This document shows positions 15,198 to 29,790 of a stretch of DNA of 64,000 bases, one piece after another. This stretch comes from Eledone cirrhosa. Taxonomy: Eukaryota. The notes beneath the pieces were generated by a model. It ran no database searches, was not told where the DNA came from, and saw only the letters and a list, made by a program, of their open reading frames with translations. Each line of letters begins with the position of its first letter. The first letter of the stretch is position 1. Position numbers and translations under genes: made by a program. Location of the stretch: assembly GCA_964016885.1 (NCBI GenBank), contig OZ024741.1, positions 293,074,001 through 293,138,000 of the forward strand, given 5' to 3'.

Positions 15198-15460
15198 ATC
15201 TTCTTCTTCTTCTTCTTCTTCTTCTTCTTCTTCTTCTTCTTCTTCTTCTTCTTCTTCTTTTTTTTTCTTCTTCTTTTTCTTCTTCTTCTTCTTCTTCTTC
15301 TTCTTCTTCTTCTTCTTCTTCTTTTCTTTTCTTCTTCTTCTTCTTCTTCTTCTTCTTCTTCTTCTTCTTCTACATAGTCCTGTAAGAAGCGACTGACTCC
15401 AACTAATCTGGCTGGATCCCCAAGCCGCATCCGGGGCAAAAACCGCACTGTTTATCAGCT
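15198..15460 (-). mobile_element. (CTT)n tract, probably the (GAA)n tail of a short retroelement 3' end
   Basis: about 170 bp of (CTT)n abutting a 90-bp GC-richer unique segment at 15372-15460. Confidence 0.4.
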
Positions 15461-16552
15461 AGCTAGGATTCAACAATCTCTTTGCCAAACATTTAGCATA
15501 GATTTTACTGGGTAGGCTAAATAAGGAGATCCCTCTGTAATTGGAACAATCTCCCTTATATTGAATATTATCAAGAATTTGGAGAGATTATGCAATACAG
15601 CTAATTTTCTCATTGTTAAGCTAGTGTTTGAAATATAACATAAACATGTTCTTATAGGGAACACGTTCTTAGAGGGAATCTTTTCAATTAATATAATGTG
15701 CCACAACAAAAAGCACCCAGTCCACATTGTAAATTGGTAATTTTGGAGTCACAACAAAATGTGGCCAGCCCACACTGTAAAGTGTTCATTTTGGTACTAT
15801 GGTAAAAAGCAACAAGTCCACACTGTAAATATGGTTGATATTAGGAAGGGCATCCAATTGTAGAAACCAATCCAGAAACAGTTCTGTATAAGCAAGACAA
15901 AGTCATCTTATCTCACTTGTCTAACAACGAGACATGTTTAACCCATATTAGTATGGAAAAATTGACGTTAAACGATGATGCTGATGATAGGAACCATCTT
16001 GAAGCAAAAAGCTTTATATTCTAGAATCAGTGGCAGTTTTTCAGTTTGTTATCAAAAAGGGTAACCCTGCTAATTTCTATATTTCTTATGTTTTCTTGTA
16101 CTTGACTAGTACTTTTATTCATTGATGGGATTTGAACTCAGGATATGGTTATAAATATCAAACTATTTGTTTACAAGTAGAATGGAGATTGTTCTGAAAT
16201 TAGATCATTTGTTTTATGAGATTTTCAGATTCTTTTATACTGTACAGAGTCCATGATTGTTGTTGTTGTAGAGGTGGTGCGGGTGCTGTTGTAGTGGTGA
16301 TGGCAGTGGTGGTGTTGTCTTTGTTTTTGTTGTAATGGTGGTGTTATTGTGGTAATGGTGGTGGCAGTGGTGCTGTTGTTGTTTGTAGAGGGAGTAGTGG
16401 TTGTTGTGGTTGGTGAGGAGGAGTGAGGGCAGAAGGTATAAACTAAAATACACCAAAAAAATGTGACAGGAAATGTCTAGCCACAATGTTTCCAAAATTA
16501 GGAAATTTGTTCACTATTGAATGGCTGTTTTCATATTGTATGCATGTGTGTG

Positions 16553-16587
<35 letters not shown>

Positions 16588-17579
16588 GCTAATGTAGTTG
16601 AAGTAGTTATTATTGTCAACATCAAAATCACCATCATCATCATAATCAATATCATTATTATCGTACTTCTCCTCTTCCTCATCATTATTATCCTTGCCAT
16701 CATAATCAATATTGCCATCATTACAATCAATATCATCATACCAAGCCAGTACAAACTCCTCTATGTAGCAACTCAATATGTTAGAAATAGCAGTGAAATT
16801 TGCTTCAAATAATGCATACTGTTGGCTCATAAAAAATATCAGTTTGGTTTACTATATGGGAAAAGAGAAAACTATGTTCATCCACTAACTCCTCTTCATG
16901 AATGACCTAAAATAGAAATAGCAGCCACATTGGCTTCAAATCACACTTACCATCTTTTAAAAAGGAAAGAATAATGTTGAATAATGTACACCTAAACCTG
17001 CTATGCCTAAGGAAATAACGATGGAATGGAAAGAGCTTGAATGACTTTGATCATAGGTCTATGGATCAACCCAGTCCTATAGTTAAACAATAGTAACACC
17101 ATCAAAATCATCCCAAGCCACAGATAAAATTTCTGTGCAGTCCCTCTGCTTGCTAGAAATATCAGTCAAATCTCCTTAAAATTACATATGTAATGTTTTA
17201 GAAAACAAGTAGCACATTGAATAATGTGATCTTAAATACAGTAAATCTGAAAACAAAACGACTGGATGGTCATGGTTGGAAAAATTTCAATCATAGGACT
17301 ACTGCTTGGAAAGAACTGACCTGATAGTAAACAACACCAAGAAGATTTGCTAAAAAGGACAGCAAAATCCCTTCAAATCACACCCTACAGTAGCAATCAG
17401 CAACTTATTCTTCTAATGACACACCTTTGATATTTCAGTTTTGCCAATGGTCCAAATTTATATATTTTACATATAAAAATTTTGAAAATGTTCCACATCG
17501 GCAGAGAACACCTCAGTGGCCCACCTGTTGCCAACCTCTGTCCTACAGACTTAAAAAAGAATGGATATACTAGAAAAGT

Positions 17580-17766
17580 TGTGGATTGGCAGTATCGGTA
17601 GAGGGTCGGACGCCATTCTTTCCAGCATAGTTACGTCCCTTTACGATCTGAGTTCAAATCCCGCCGAGGTTGACTTTGCCTTTCATCCTTACGGGGTCGA
17701 TAAAATAAAGTACCAGTAATGCACTGGGTAATTGCTGGCCTTGTGCCTAAAGTAGAAACAATTATT
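17580..17766 (+). mobile_element. SINE family 1 copy
   Basis: near-identical to 157-349. Confidence 0.85.
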
Positions 17767-17898
17767 TCTGGACAAAGAATAAAAAGACAGTATTGTCACA
17801 GCTGTAATATCTTTGATCATATATCTACTCAAAAGCTATGGATGGAAGAAGGTATCGTCAATCCAGAGATCTGATCTGAATTCTTGCCACTGAGTGGA

Positions 17899-18109
17899 CT
17901 TTAGCATTTAAACAGGTCATATCTGGCCAGAATTATTTCACCTCTTTCTATTTGAACTGGCTGTAACTGGCCACTCATATTGATGTTAAGGTATTTTTTC
18001 TCAAAATAAATAACATCAAAATCTTGTAGATTCGATATTATGTAAGATAAAGTCTTTACCACAAAAATACAATAGTAATTAGAGAGTAATGTAAATGCTA
18101 AAGGGTTAA
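17899..18109. mobile_element. piggyBac-type MITE with eroded left end
   Basis: homologous to 18944-19171; ends TAAATGCTAAAGGG-TTAA. Confidence 0.55.
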
Positions 18110-18943
18110 AGCACTATGGAGCCATGTGGTGATATACTAGGTAACAGATTAAGTCTTCCACTCAAGTTCATCACAGCTGGATTTGAAATTAGAACACAAA
18201 GAACTGAAACAAATACCATACAGCATCTGCTCTAACAATTTTCCAAAACCACTGTCCTGGATTGATCTTTATATTCTTTTATCCCATAACTCCTGCTGAA
18301 ATACTAGGGGCACTGCATTAACATGCAACATTTCCATGGCATAATTTAAACTTGGCGACCCCATCTCCTCTCCAGGTTTGAATACAGCATATTTCTTCCA
18401 GAGAAGGATAGAAAGTGAGAGCATGGAATTGAAGAAGAGATATGAAGAAAGAATTGACTCCAGTATTAGACTGGTACATTGTTTATCAACCTCTAATTGA
18501 TAGAAAGCAGAGTTGACTTTGGTTGGATTTGAACTGAGAGAGAAGAGAACCAAAACAAATACTGCAAAGCATTCTATCTGACATTATAATGATTCTGCCA
18601 ATTCATCCTGTTCCTAGATTGATACTTATTTTATTGTCTTTCAAAAGAATGAATGGCAAGTTGACATTAAAGAGATTTGCACGAAGAGTAGGGAAAACTA
18701 GAACAAATACGGCAAGGCATTTTATCTTATACTTAAAATTTCATCAACAGTTTAAATTATTCTGCCAATACTCCTTTGCAAACTTTGTGTTTGTCTGATA
18801 GGTTTTTCTTCCATATAAGTTATGTATGCAATGAACCAAAGAAGTACAGCTATATGTATGGTATGAGTGGAATTGTAGAGTGGTGGTATAAAAGTGCAAT
18901 TACAACAAATGTCTGCACCACCCAACCTTATAAAGAAACAGTC

Positions 18944-19171
18944 TTAACCCTATAGCATTTAAACCGGCTGTATCCAGCCACAGTTCTCTCACCCCTTTCT
19001 CTTCAAACCACACGTAACTAGTCACTCATACTGATGTTAAGGTATTGTTCTCAAAATAAATAATATCAAAATCTCATTGATTTGATATTATGCAAGATAT
19101 TATGAGAGATAAAGCCTTTACTGTAAAAATACAATAGTATATATAGAGTAATGTAAAAACTAAAGGGTTAA
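18944..19171. mobile_element. piggyBac-type MITE
   Basis: TTAA-CCCTATAGCATTTA ... TAAAAACTAAAGGG-TTAA: imperfect TIRs with CCC/GGG ends and TTAA TSD. Confidence 0.65.
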
Positions 19172-19366
19172 GGAAGCATATGCAGCAGAGACTAGATGCA
19201 TTGCAGAGGCTCAGAATAAAAACATGAGTCACTGAAACATTTATCAACATGCAGGTGTAGTTTTTTGGCTAGGATTGGCCTCACCAGTCTCCTCTGAAAC
19301 CACAGCCAAAGATATTCCATATCACATTGAAGCCATGATCTTTTTCTCTTTGAAAGACGAACAACA

Positions 19367-19411
<45 letters not shown>

Positions 19412-19827
19412 GTGTGTGTGTTGGTGTGTGAATATATATATATATGTGTGTGTGTGTAATGCATGAATTTATATGAAAACGATGATGATGATACATATAT
19501 ATTTTTGTATTTATATATGTGTATGTATATATGAATAGAAATATATGTGGATGTATGTATCTTTTTGTCTTTAAAGGTTGACTTTTTCACTTCTTGATGA
19601 AAGAAATAAAAAAAAAAACTAAGACAGAAATGTGCTTAATATTTTGTCCTTCCTTTGGCAATATAGAAGTATCTACAGAAATGGTAAAGTGCCAACAAAA
19701 TAAATGTTCTTTCTAATTTTTTGGTGAACTTCTTAATCAGACATGTATGGCTGTGAAAGATGACACATACATATTTGACTGTTTGTTTGTATCTATAAAT
19801 CTCTCTTTCTCTTTCCACACACATATA

Positions 19828-20181
19828 TCATCATCATCATCACCATTTTACGTCCGTTCTTCCACGCTAGCATGGGTTGTCACATTGCTCATATGGGAAC
19901 TGATTCTGGGTTGATTTCTACAGCTGGATACCCTTCCTAACACCAATCTCATTTACAGTGAGTGCTGGGTACTCTTTTGCCATGGCACCTCCATGGCCAC
20001 TTTGCAGTGGAATGATAGGGAGTGGGTCCCTATCATCTCATTTCTACAGCTGAGTAAACTGGAGGAATGTGAAATAAAGTGTCTTGTCAAAGGAAACAAC
20101 ACATCACCTGGTCCGAGAATTGAACTCACAACCTTTTGATTGCAAGCCCAATGCTGTAGCCACTAAGCCATGCACCTTCAT
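19828..20181 (-). mobile_element. tRNA-derived SINE family 3 with RTE-derived tail
   Basis: TGGCTTAGTGG...GAGTTCAATTC head, CAAGACACTTTATTTCAC core, TGGTGTTAGGAAGGG.ATCCAGC module and GGACGTAAAA(TGA)n tail shared with the RTE 3' end at 55185-55400. Confidence 0.85.
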
Positions 20182-20532
20182 ATATATATATAAATATATA
20201 TATATGTAAATATATATATGTAAATATCTTTAAGTCGTTTGGAAGCCTCGACAATGCAAATGGGTAAATGAATTACAACCAAAATTAAATAGAAAACATG
20301 AGTGGAACAGCAACATCACAACTTACAATTAAGGACAAAATGAAAACACACACTCACAAGAACAAACAACCAACCAGTAACATGTAAATAAACAAATAAA
20401 TAAACGAATATAAACACACACAGACACCCGTATGTAACACATGCACAAACTAAGCACACAACACACACACAAAAACAAGATGGCGTAGGACAGAACAAAG
20501 GAGAGGCACAAAAACAAAGAAAAGAATCCCCA

Positions 20533-20575
20533 GTCACTGAAGAGGTCACAGAATGTGTGACGAAAGAACTTTGAC
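20533..20575 (+). ncRNA. minimal type-I hammerhead ribozyme motif
   Basis: GTCA-CTGAAGA-G-GTCACA gaatg TGTGAC-GAAAG-AA-CTT-TGAC: stems I and II pair, CUU triplet. Confidence 0.75.
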
Positions 20576-20721
20576 AATATATAAACAACCATCTGGTTGT
20601 GGAACCAACCAACCAACCGGAAATTGATAAATTCCTAAATTTATGAATTTATTATAATAAATTGAAATAAAAGCAACTGGTGCGTGTGTTTCTTATTGGC
20701 AACATGACGCTCCCAAAGTAT

Positions 20722-20779
<58 letters not shown>

Positions 20780-20970
20780 ATACTTGGGGAGAGCCATATT
20801 TGTGTAATATTGCCAGAATTAATAACCGAACACACTGACTGTTTGGTTGGTTTTCGCTTCTGTGTCTTTTATTTGGTTAATTTAATTTATTCTGTCCTCA
20901 ATGTTGCCATTGACTGACCGACGGTTAAAAGTACAGATACAATATAGACACAAACACATATATATAGTTT

Positions 20971-21011
20971 ATCAAAGTTCTTTCGTTGAACATCTGCGAC
21001 ATCGTCAGTGG
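20971..21011 (-). ncRNA. diverged hammerhead motif of the same family as 20533
   Basis: reverse complement CCA-CTGACGA-TGTCG..CAAC-GAAAG-AA-CTT-TGA; upstream AAGATGGCGTA also shared; stems imperfect. Confidence 0.55.
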
Positions 21012-21692
21012 GGCTATTGTTTTCTCCAGTTGCATTGTATTTTCTACGCCATCTTTATTTAGTCTGTTTATATATTTATTTATATATTTATATGGCCGTT
21101 TATTTATATATTTATATGGCCATTAATATTCAAAATATTTAATATTTTGAATATTAAATATTTTGAATATTAACGGCCAACTAAATAAATTTGGATATAC
21201 ATTTGCATATATGGGTAATTGTCTATAAACTTGAACATAAATTGCTCCCCTTTGTCTCTCTCTCTCTCTTTAATCATCTTTCATTTGTTTTTCGAGCCAC
21301 CTACTAAATATATTATCACATCAGCTGTTTCTTCCTCTATACTTTCCTTTCTTTCCTCTTTTTTCAGTAGTTTAAAAAAAAATTTTTTAACTGTTATATC
21401 GATGCCATGTATTTTTTAAGCTGTATTACACGCACCATCTCTATTGTTTGTATTATATATTTTTCTCATATTCTTAATATTAGGGTATAAATATTGAGTT
21501 TTGTCATATGTTAATCACTACCATGACTGAATATTAACCATCTACTATGTCAGGGTATGTCATGCATCATCTTATTTTATCTGATGAGGACGTACTTTTG
21601 AACTTAACTCAGTACCTCTGAAATATGTATAATAAAATATAATTAATCACAAGAATATCTATTATACATATGTATACATATATATGTATATA

Positions 21693-22091
21693 TGAGGGTA
21701 ATCCCAAAAGAAAGGTCTCCAAAGTGATGGGGACGCAGAGAAACTGTTCGTACGGTTGTTGACAACACTGTTCAATTGGTGCTTCCTTCACTCCCAAACA
21801 AGCATGCGCGCGCTTCGCTGGGGTGCTCAATCTTGGCTTGGCAGCCATTGAAAATGGAGCTCCTGTTGAACGCTACTGCCAAGTACGAATTTCGCGCATT
21901 TATTATATAGAGGGCAATCTCGAAAGTAAGGTCTCCTTCCGAGTAAAACATGCATAAAGATCGGCGGATCACTCTGTACTCTGGATGCTCTCTGCATTTT
22001 GGTTCCTGAGGTTTCCCGAAAAACCATCTGCAGGATTTTAACGGAAAAGTTGCAATATCAGAAGGAGATCTTACTTTTGGGATTGCCCTCG
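21693..22091 (+). mobile_element. Tc1/mariner non-autonomous derivative with an internal extra TIR
   Basis: TIRs TGAGGGTAATCCCAAAAGAAAGGTCTCC and GGAGATCTTACTTTTGGGATTGCCCTCG flanked by TA; third TIR copy at 21910-21937; start of a mariner-like ORF (MELLLNATAKYEFRA) near 21854. Confidence 0.75.
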
Positions 22092-22105
22092 TATATATAT
22101 ATATA

Positions 22106-22987
22106 TTTATTAAAATAACAGATTAAAGTTTAAGCAAAGAATCGCTGCTTTCACCCTTAACGGGATCTTCTGAAACTAACAAAGTCAATCTGTAAACGCA
22201 GAACTGGATATTTCAAAAAACGTTGCAACCGGAGGAAGACAGGAAGAAGATACTTTGGTTCATGGTGACGTTCGCTGGCAAAGAACGGGAAAAAACGAAT
22301 ATAATACGTCATTAATAGGAGCGGTGAAAAACAATTACGCGCAAAGACAGAACCACGTTTATGGTATAAAAGAGGTCGTAGACTAATGTTCTCTAAGTGG
22401 TGCATAGAGACGTTCTCTGGCAATGAACGAAAAAACGAAGATAATAAGTCATATGTGGAGCGTGGAGAACAATAGCACACAAAGACAAAACCACGTAAAT
22501 GGTATAGCAGAAGTTGTAGACTAAAATTCTAACTAGGAGACCGAATGAATCTCCGCTACAGAGTTAAGAACAAAGTAAATAAATACAATACAGAAGTAAT
22601 AGAAACAAATAAATACATACACGCAAACAGATACGTACATACACAAGCATACGCAAAACCTTACCATAGGTATACAAAACCATGCACATATAAATATGTG
22701 TATGTGTGTATGCTTGTGTACAAATAAATAAATAATTATATAAACGTATATAAGTAAATAAATACGTATATAACAAGCGCACACACATACCTACAAATTA
22801 ATACACGACGGTTCGGAGACGTAAGTCAACTAAAACAAGAAGTACACATATACACACACCCACCATACGTACGAACCTGCATACTCACGCAGACGCAAAA
22901 CTCCCATATACACATAACCAAACCTTAAATACCAGAATATGTAAAAATTATACACCATAACAGTCAAATATACGTACGAGAAGGTAT
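22106..22987 (-). mobile_element. non-coding Penelope-like 3' module with HHR, copy 1
   Basis: ~880 bp near-identical to 36231-37112; HHR-like motif and AATAAA at the 3' end; flanked by (TA)n. Confidence 0.65.
22127..22177 (-). ncRNA. hammerhead-like motif with CAGAAGA core
   Basis: reverse complement AGTTT-CAGAAGA-T-CCC gttaa GGG-T-GAAAGCA gcgattctt TGCTT-AAACT; all three stems pair. Confidence 0.6.
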
Positions 22988-23038
22988 GTGTATATATATA
23001 CATATATTTACATATATTGTATATACATATATATATAC

Positions 23039-23152
<114 letters not shown>

Positions 23153-23167
23153 ATATATATATAAATA

Positions 23168-23396
<229 letters not shown>

Positions 23397-24062
23397 AGAG
23401 TTTTCACTCAGGAGTCAAATACAATTATTAAGCTCTAAGAAATATTTCTGAGCAGTACAATTCAAGTTAATATAAAAAATTATGATCAACACTAATGTGT
23501 TTTCATTGCAAATTGACAATAATTTAGCCAGATAGAAATACCATAATTCAAATACATATAGTCTGCCTGTATCGATCTAAAAAATAATAAATCTATACTC
23601 ACAGATATCTATCGGCAATAGCCCTGGTGCCCATACAAGTTTAAATTTCAAAATTCAAACCTTTTCAGCAGATCAGTCCGAACTTCAAAAAATAATCCTG
23701 TTTCAAAGGATGGTATACTATTGAAATTAATTAATTATGGAATAACTATTTATGAAATAATTACTAGTGAAATAATTAATTTTCTGTGATTCTCAATAGG
23801 CACCCAGATAAATTGGAGTTACTTCACCTAAGAGAAATATCTTAGGACTGGTCTGTCGTATGCCAAATACATGTGCTTTTGCACACGATTTTTCCCTGCA
23901 GTCTGGCTCATATTCACGGCGCTAGAAATAACAGCCGTTTATATGGGATTACGAATTCAGCTCTACCGAAGGAGCAGATATAATATAATTTAGAGTTTTC
24001 ACTCAGGAGTCAAATACAATTATATATATATATATGTATATATACATACATATATATATATA

Positions 24063-24822
24063 GTCCGAAACAAATGAGGTCGTGTAGGTGTCACGACAAA
24101 AAAACACACAGTCCACGCTGTAATGTGGCCGTGTAGGTAACACGGTAAAAACCTCCCAGTCCACACTGTAAACGTGGTTGGTGTTAGGAAGGGCATCCAG
24201 CCGTAGAAAACCCGTCAGACAGTCCTATACGAGCAGGACAACAAATCTTGCCTCAAGTGAGAAACATCCCGTCCAAACCCACGGAAGCGTGGAAGATGGA
24301 CGTTAAACGATGATGATGATGATGATGATATATATATATATTCCGACCCGACACACTTACACCTCTCCAAAACAATGTCACTGGACCGAGATTTTTGGCA
24401 CTACACAGTAATACAGAAGACCCGCCTTGCCTAAGTACAAAGCGAAAACTACAGTCAGTAGGCACCTCTAACAAAAATACACCCCCATCCCACTACCCCC
24501 ACCCCATCCACACCACCCCTTTCAATATAAAGTTATGTTGGTACCACAACATCCAGGCCGAAACAAATGAGGTCGTGTAGGTGTCACGACAAAAAAAAAA
24601 CACACTGTCCACGCTGTAATGTGGCCGTGTAGGTAATATGGTAAAAACCTCCCAGTCCACACTGTAAACGTGGTGTTAGGAAGGGCATCCAGCCGTAGAA
24701 AACCCGCCAGACAGTCCTATACGAGCAAGTTAGCCAATCTTGCCTCAAGTGGGAAAATTCCCGTCCAAACCCATGCAAGCATGGAATATGGACGTTAAAC
24801 GATGCTGCTGATGATGATGATG
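24063..24822 (+). mobile_element. two tandem 3' fragments of RTE subfamily A
   Basis: 24063-24328 and 24345-24822 are reverse complements of 751-1220, each with a (GAT)n tail and inserted in (TA)n. Confidence 0.85.
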
Positions 24823-25250
<428 letters not shown>

Positions 25251-25252
25251 AA

Positions 25253-25362
<110 letters not shown>

Positions 25363-25387
25363 ACATATATATGTATGTATATAGAAC

Positions 25388-25696
25388 ACACAAGAATCAA
25401 AGCTATGTTAGAATATTTAATTTCTGACAGTTGTTTCTTCCAAGCCTATGCTTGGTGTCTTCGGAGCATTATTAATAATATTTGTACATATAATCAGCCT
25501 CCTATTCCGCTGAAGAATCATACAGATACATATTCTGGACAACAGATACAATATGTATCTCTATGATTCTTCGGCAGAATAGGAGGCTGAATATATGTAC
25601 AAACATTATTAATAATTCTCCGAAGACCTCAAGCTTAGGCTTGGAAGAAACAATTGTCAGCAATTAAATGTTCTAACATAGCTTTGATACTTGTGT
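25388..25696. repeat. fold-back palindrome (~145-bp arms) with an HHR-like motif in each arm
   Basis: ACACAAGAATCAAAGCTATGTTAGAA... and ...TTCTAACATAGCTTTGATACTTGTGT are reverse complements; right arm CT-CCGAAGA-C..CAAGC ttag GCTTG..GAAAC-AATT-GTC-AG at 25616-25665. Confidence 0.85.
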
Positions 25697-25869
25697 AATT
25701 TATATTACTGCTCTATATAACAAATGATGTTCTTACATTGAGCAATTTATCTTACTGGTAATAAGGCAGTAATAAATTACTGACCTTACCTGTTTAGAGG
25801 TGTATGTAGTATAGTATATACATAACTATAAATAGTATCCTTAATATTATGTATGTATATATATATAAC

Positions 25870-26305
25870 ATGTAAACCAGTACAACCTGTCGCATGATCG
25901 GGTCGTCGGCAGCTAAACCGGCAACCCTACCAATTTACTTGCAGAGGAGGGTGATTTTGGACACCCTGCAGGACAAAAAACAAAACCTGCCAAAGGGCGG
26001 AAGAAATCATAAGAGACAACGGCCATCCAAAAGTGTGTAAATATGTATATACACATGTACTGTGCGGTTAAACCACTGGGGGTGATGGACCCCTAACCTT
26101 TGTCAGGGCATTCTTCTAGGAGAAGGCAACTCAGGAAACTAGGATAACTCCGATATAAAACCAGTGGCTCAGTAGTTACCGATGATGTTGATCTTTTCTT
26201 CTTTTGGGGTTATAGCTACTGTCGCTCAGAGAGTGGGATTGGCTTAGTGCACAGTCTTTCCTCACTTAAAAAAATATCTTCACGCATAGGCATTGCACGA
26301 TAGAA
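25870..26305 (+). mobile_element. GC-richer repeat resembling an RTE 5'-UTR-derived non-autonomous element
   Basis: CTAGGAGAAGGCAACTC motif recalls RTE 5'UTRs; 25872-26030 is homologous to 30515-30665. Confidence 0.4.
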
Positions 26306-26399
26306 TTAATTAATAATTATTAATAATGGTATATCTTGCAATGGCCATACTTGATAACGAGGGGGCAGCCATCATACATATATATGTATGTATATATAG

Positions 26400-27160
<761 letters not shown>

Positions 27161-27342
27161 ACAACCCCATATACAATGGCACAACTCAATAATGAAACAT
27201 GTGTAAAAATGTATAATTAAATAATATTTTGTCTAATCATGTTTTGTATGTTTACTTAACACATTTATATATATATATATAAACAGGGATGGATTAACGT
27301 AATCATCTTACTTGTTTATCGTATATATATATATAATATAAT

Positions 27343-27635
27343 ACGTGGAGAAATAAATATAGGAGAACAAACCGTTAAAACATGTTTATTTAAAATAGCA
27401 CCTACGTACGTTTCTCCTGAATGGGCTTCTCAAGGTCATAAATAACTAAAAAGTGTTCCTTACATGACTCGGAATGGGTTGTGAACTTATCTCTAAAAAC
27501 CCATTCCGAGTCATGTAAGGAACACTTTTTAGTTATTTATGCCCTTGAGAAGCCCATTCGGGCGAAACGTACATAGGTGCTATTTTAAATAAACATGTTT
27601 TAACGGTTTGTTCTCCTATATCTATTTCTCCACGT
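27343..27635. repeat. fold-back palindrome (~138-bp arms) with an HHR motif in each arm
   Basis: arms 27343-27480 and 27498-27635; right arm GCCC-TTGAGAA-GCCC attc GGGC-GAAAC-GTAC-ATA-GGTGC then AATAAA (27541-27593); left arm has a GTA triplet. Confidence 0.88.
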
Positions 27636-27802
27636 GCTTACGCTCTGCTAATTCTCTTGCCCACTAGATATTAACACTTCTAATATTTAACACTGCCGGC
27701 ACTAGTATTGAGCACCCTTTGCATTTGCTATTGGCAAATAACTACATGTATCACCTATCCCTCCTTCTCTCTCTCGATATGTAAATATTCTATATATAAT
27801 AT

Positions 27803-27988
27803 AATTGTTTCTACTTTTGGCACAAGGCCAGCAATTACCCAGTGCATTACTGGTACTTTATTTTATCGAGCCCGTAAGGATGAAAGGCAAAGTTAACCTC
27901 GGCGGGATTTGAACTCAGATCATAAAGGGATGTAACTCTATGCTTCAAAGCATGGTGTCCGACTCTCTACCGATACTGCCAATCCAAT
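27803..27988 (-). mobile_element. SINE family 1 copy
   Basis: reverse complement of 157-349. Confidence 0.85.
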
Positions 27989-28007
27989 ATAATATATATA
28001 TATATAG

Positions 28008-28215
28008 TGAAGGCGCACGGCTGGGTCGTTAAGAGAATTAGATTCACAAGCTTGCAGTCGTAAGTTTGATTCCTGAACTGGGTGATGCATTATATCCTTG
28101 AGCAAGACACTTTATTTCACGTTGCTTGTTCTATCTAGAGTTGCGACTGAGAGAGAGTACTAGAAATTGGGGAGACTAACGGAAACATTATTTCCTCAAT
28201 CTGATTTGACGTATG
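28008..28215 (+). mobile_element. tRNA-derived SINE family 4
   Basis: same head and TCCTTGAGCAAGACACTTTATTTCAC core as family 3, different tail (GAGTTGCGACTGA...GATTTGACG); homologous to 54783-55001 (-). Confidence 0.7.
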
Positions 28216-28959
28216 GTGATGATGATTACACATTCTGTTGGCTACAAATTAGTTTCATATTAGGTGTAGCTTATTTTATTTGTAAGCTCTAAGCACTACT
28301 ACCTCTGCTAACAATAGAGAGACTTTCTATTCGGCCAAATTGCTTGGTTACATTATGTCTATGTATGAAGCATGATGTTGTATTGCAGTGATGGGTTTTG
28401 AATGTAGAGGGTGTGTGGTGCTTAGATAGAAATGAGGTTAGCATGTTTCACTTGGTGTGTAATGTTAATGTTTATGAATGACAAATCACTGATGATGTTA
28501 TTTTTAAGGCAATGTTTTATAACCAGATTCCCTTCATTTTTGTCACTTCATATGGCATGCATATACATTGCATTTACATTGATAATGAAGATTATTACAA
28601 GAAACAGTCAATGTATAATGCGAATTGGAGAGAAGATGGACGAAATGCTGCAATAGAACAGCAGGAAATATAAGAAGAAATAGAATCAGTTCTCCAGGAT
28701 AGAAATAAGAATAACTCCTAGGAGACAAAGTGCAGCACAAGAAGAAACAAAGACAAGGCTTGAAAAGAAAGGAGGTAAATAATTCAAAGACTGCCAAGTG
28801 GAAACACAGAAAATGCACAGGAAAGAAGTTTAATTAATAGAGATAGATATAGGGTTTTTATTGCAAAAGAAAGTGAAGAAAATCATATCAACAGAGGACA
28901 AAGAAATGCAAATATTATTCAAAATGGAAGAAATGCAAGAATTCAAAAATAATAGAGTC

Positions 28960-29700
28960 AGCATCAATACTTTTTCAGAAGAGAATCACTGCATCATTCA
29001 TGTGGGCTTTTGAATATTGTTTGCCAATGTTCCAGTGCTAAACATTTTTTTATCAAAACATTCTTCAGATGGCAAATTCAATAGCTGCTGTCATAAATGT
29101 AAAATATTATTGCCTAACCAAAGAGAAAGACCACCATTTGTTCATAATTTAATGAGCAATGCAAGGAATCCTAATTACAAAATTTTCAAAGACAACATTA
29201 GATCTTACAACTCAATATTTTCATTCCTTTCACCAGGAGCTCACATATTTTATAGTTAGGTTAGCAATCATATTTTCCTATTTGTGGCCAAATCTTTCAT
29301 CGTATCAGCTATAAACCTCCTTTTGAAGAATAATCTCAACAATTTTCCCAACTTTACGTAATTGATTTTTAAATGCCCACTGATACTAGATTAGAGAAAT
29401 AGAATAATTAAAGATGTATCCTTCAAATCTAGACTATTATAGGTCATATCATGGGAGCAAACAATATTTATACTTTCATATAGATGTTAGAAGTTGAAAG
29501 TGAACATACACAACAAGCAGCAAAACACGCTATTCCAACATAAGTAGTCAGTATGACATTCAAGAGAAAGCATACAAATAACTGAGAATATTATAATTTC
29601 ACAAATGTGGATGAAGTGACAATTTGATTTTTAGAAATACCAATAGTGAACCCTGCATTTTTTCAAACATGATATTTATATTTACCCTCAAAATCAAAAG
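28960..29700 (+). pseudogene. Helitron RepHel N-terminal relic
   Basis: DGKFNSCCHKCKILLP...FKDNIRSYNSIFSF (ORF 29017-29259), then ICGQIFHRI, QFSQLYVID and YNFTNVDEV across frameshifts, matching the Helitron N-terminal motifs CCxxGK / NIRxYN / GQxYH / AQLY / YNxPxxxEVA. Confidence 0.8.
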
Positions 29701-29790
29701 CTCCTTTCACCAATTTGAACATTTTAAGGAAAAATCTTGAATAGATGACTTTCGCATTATTCTTAGGTTTCTCAGGCTTCTGGCTGCTAC

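Noticed and set aside
21575-21615. CTGATGAGGAC possible hammerhead
   Set aside because: Second half (stem II 3' strand plus GAAA) is missing
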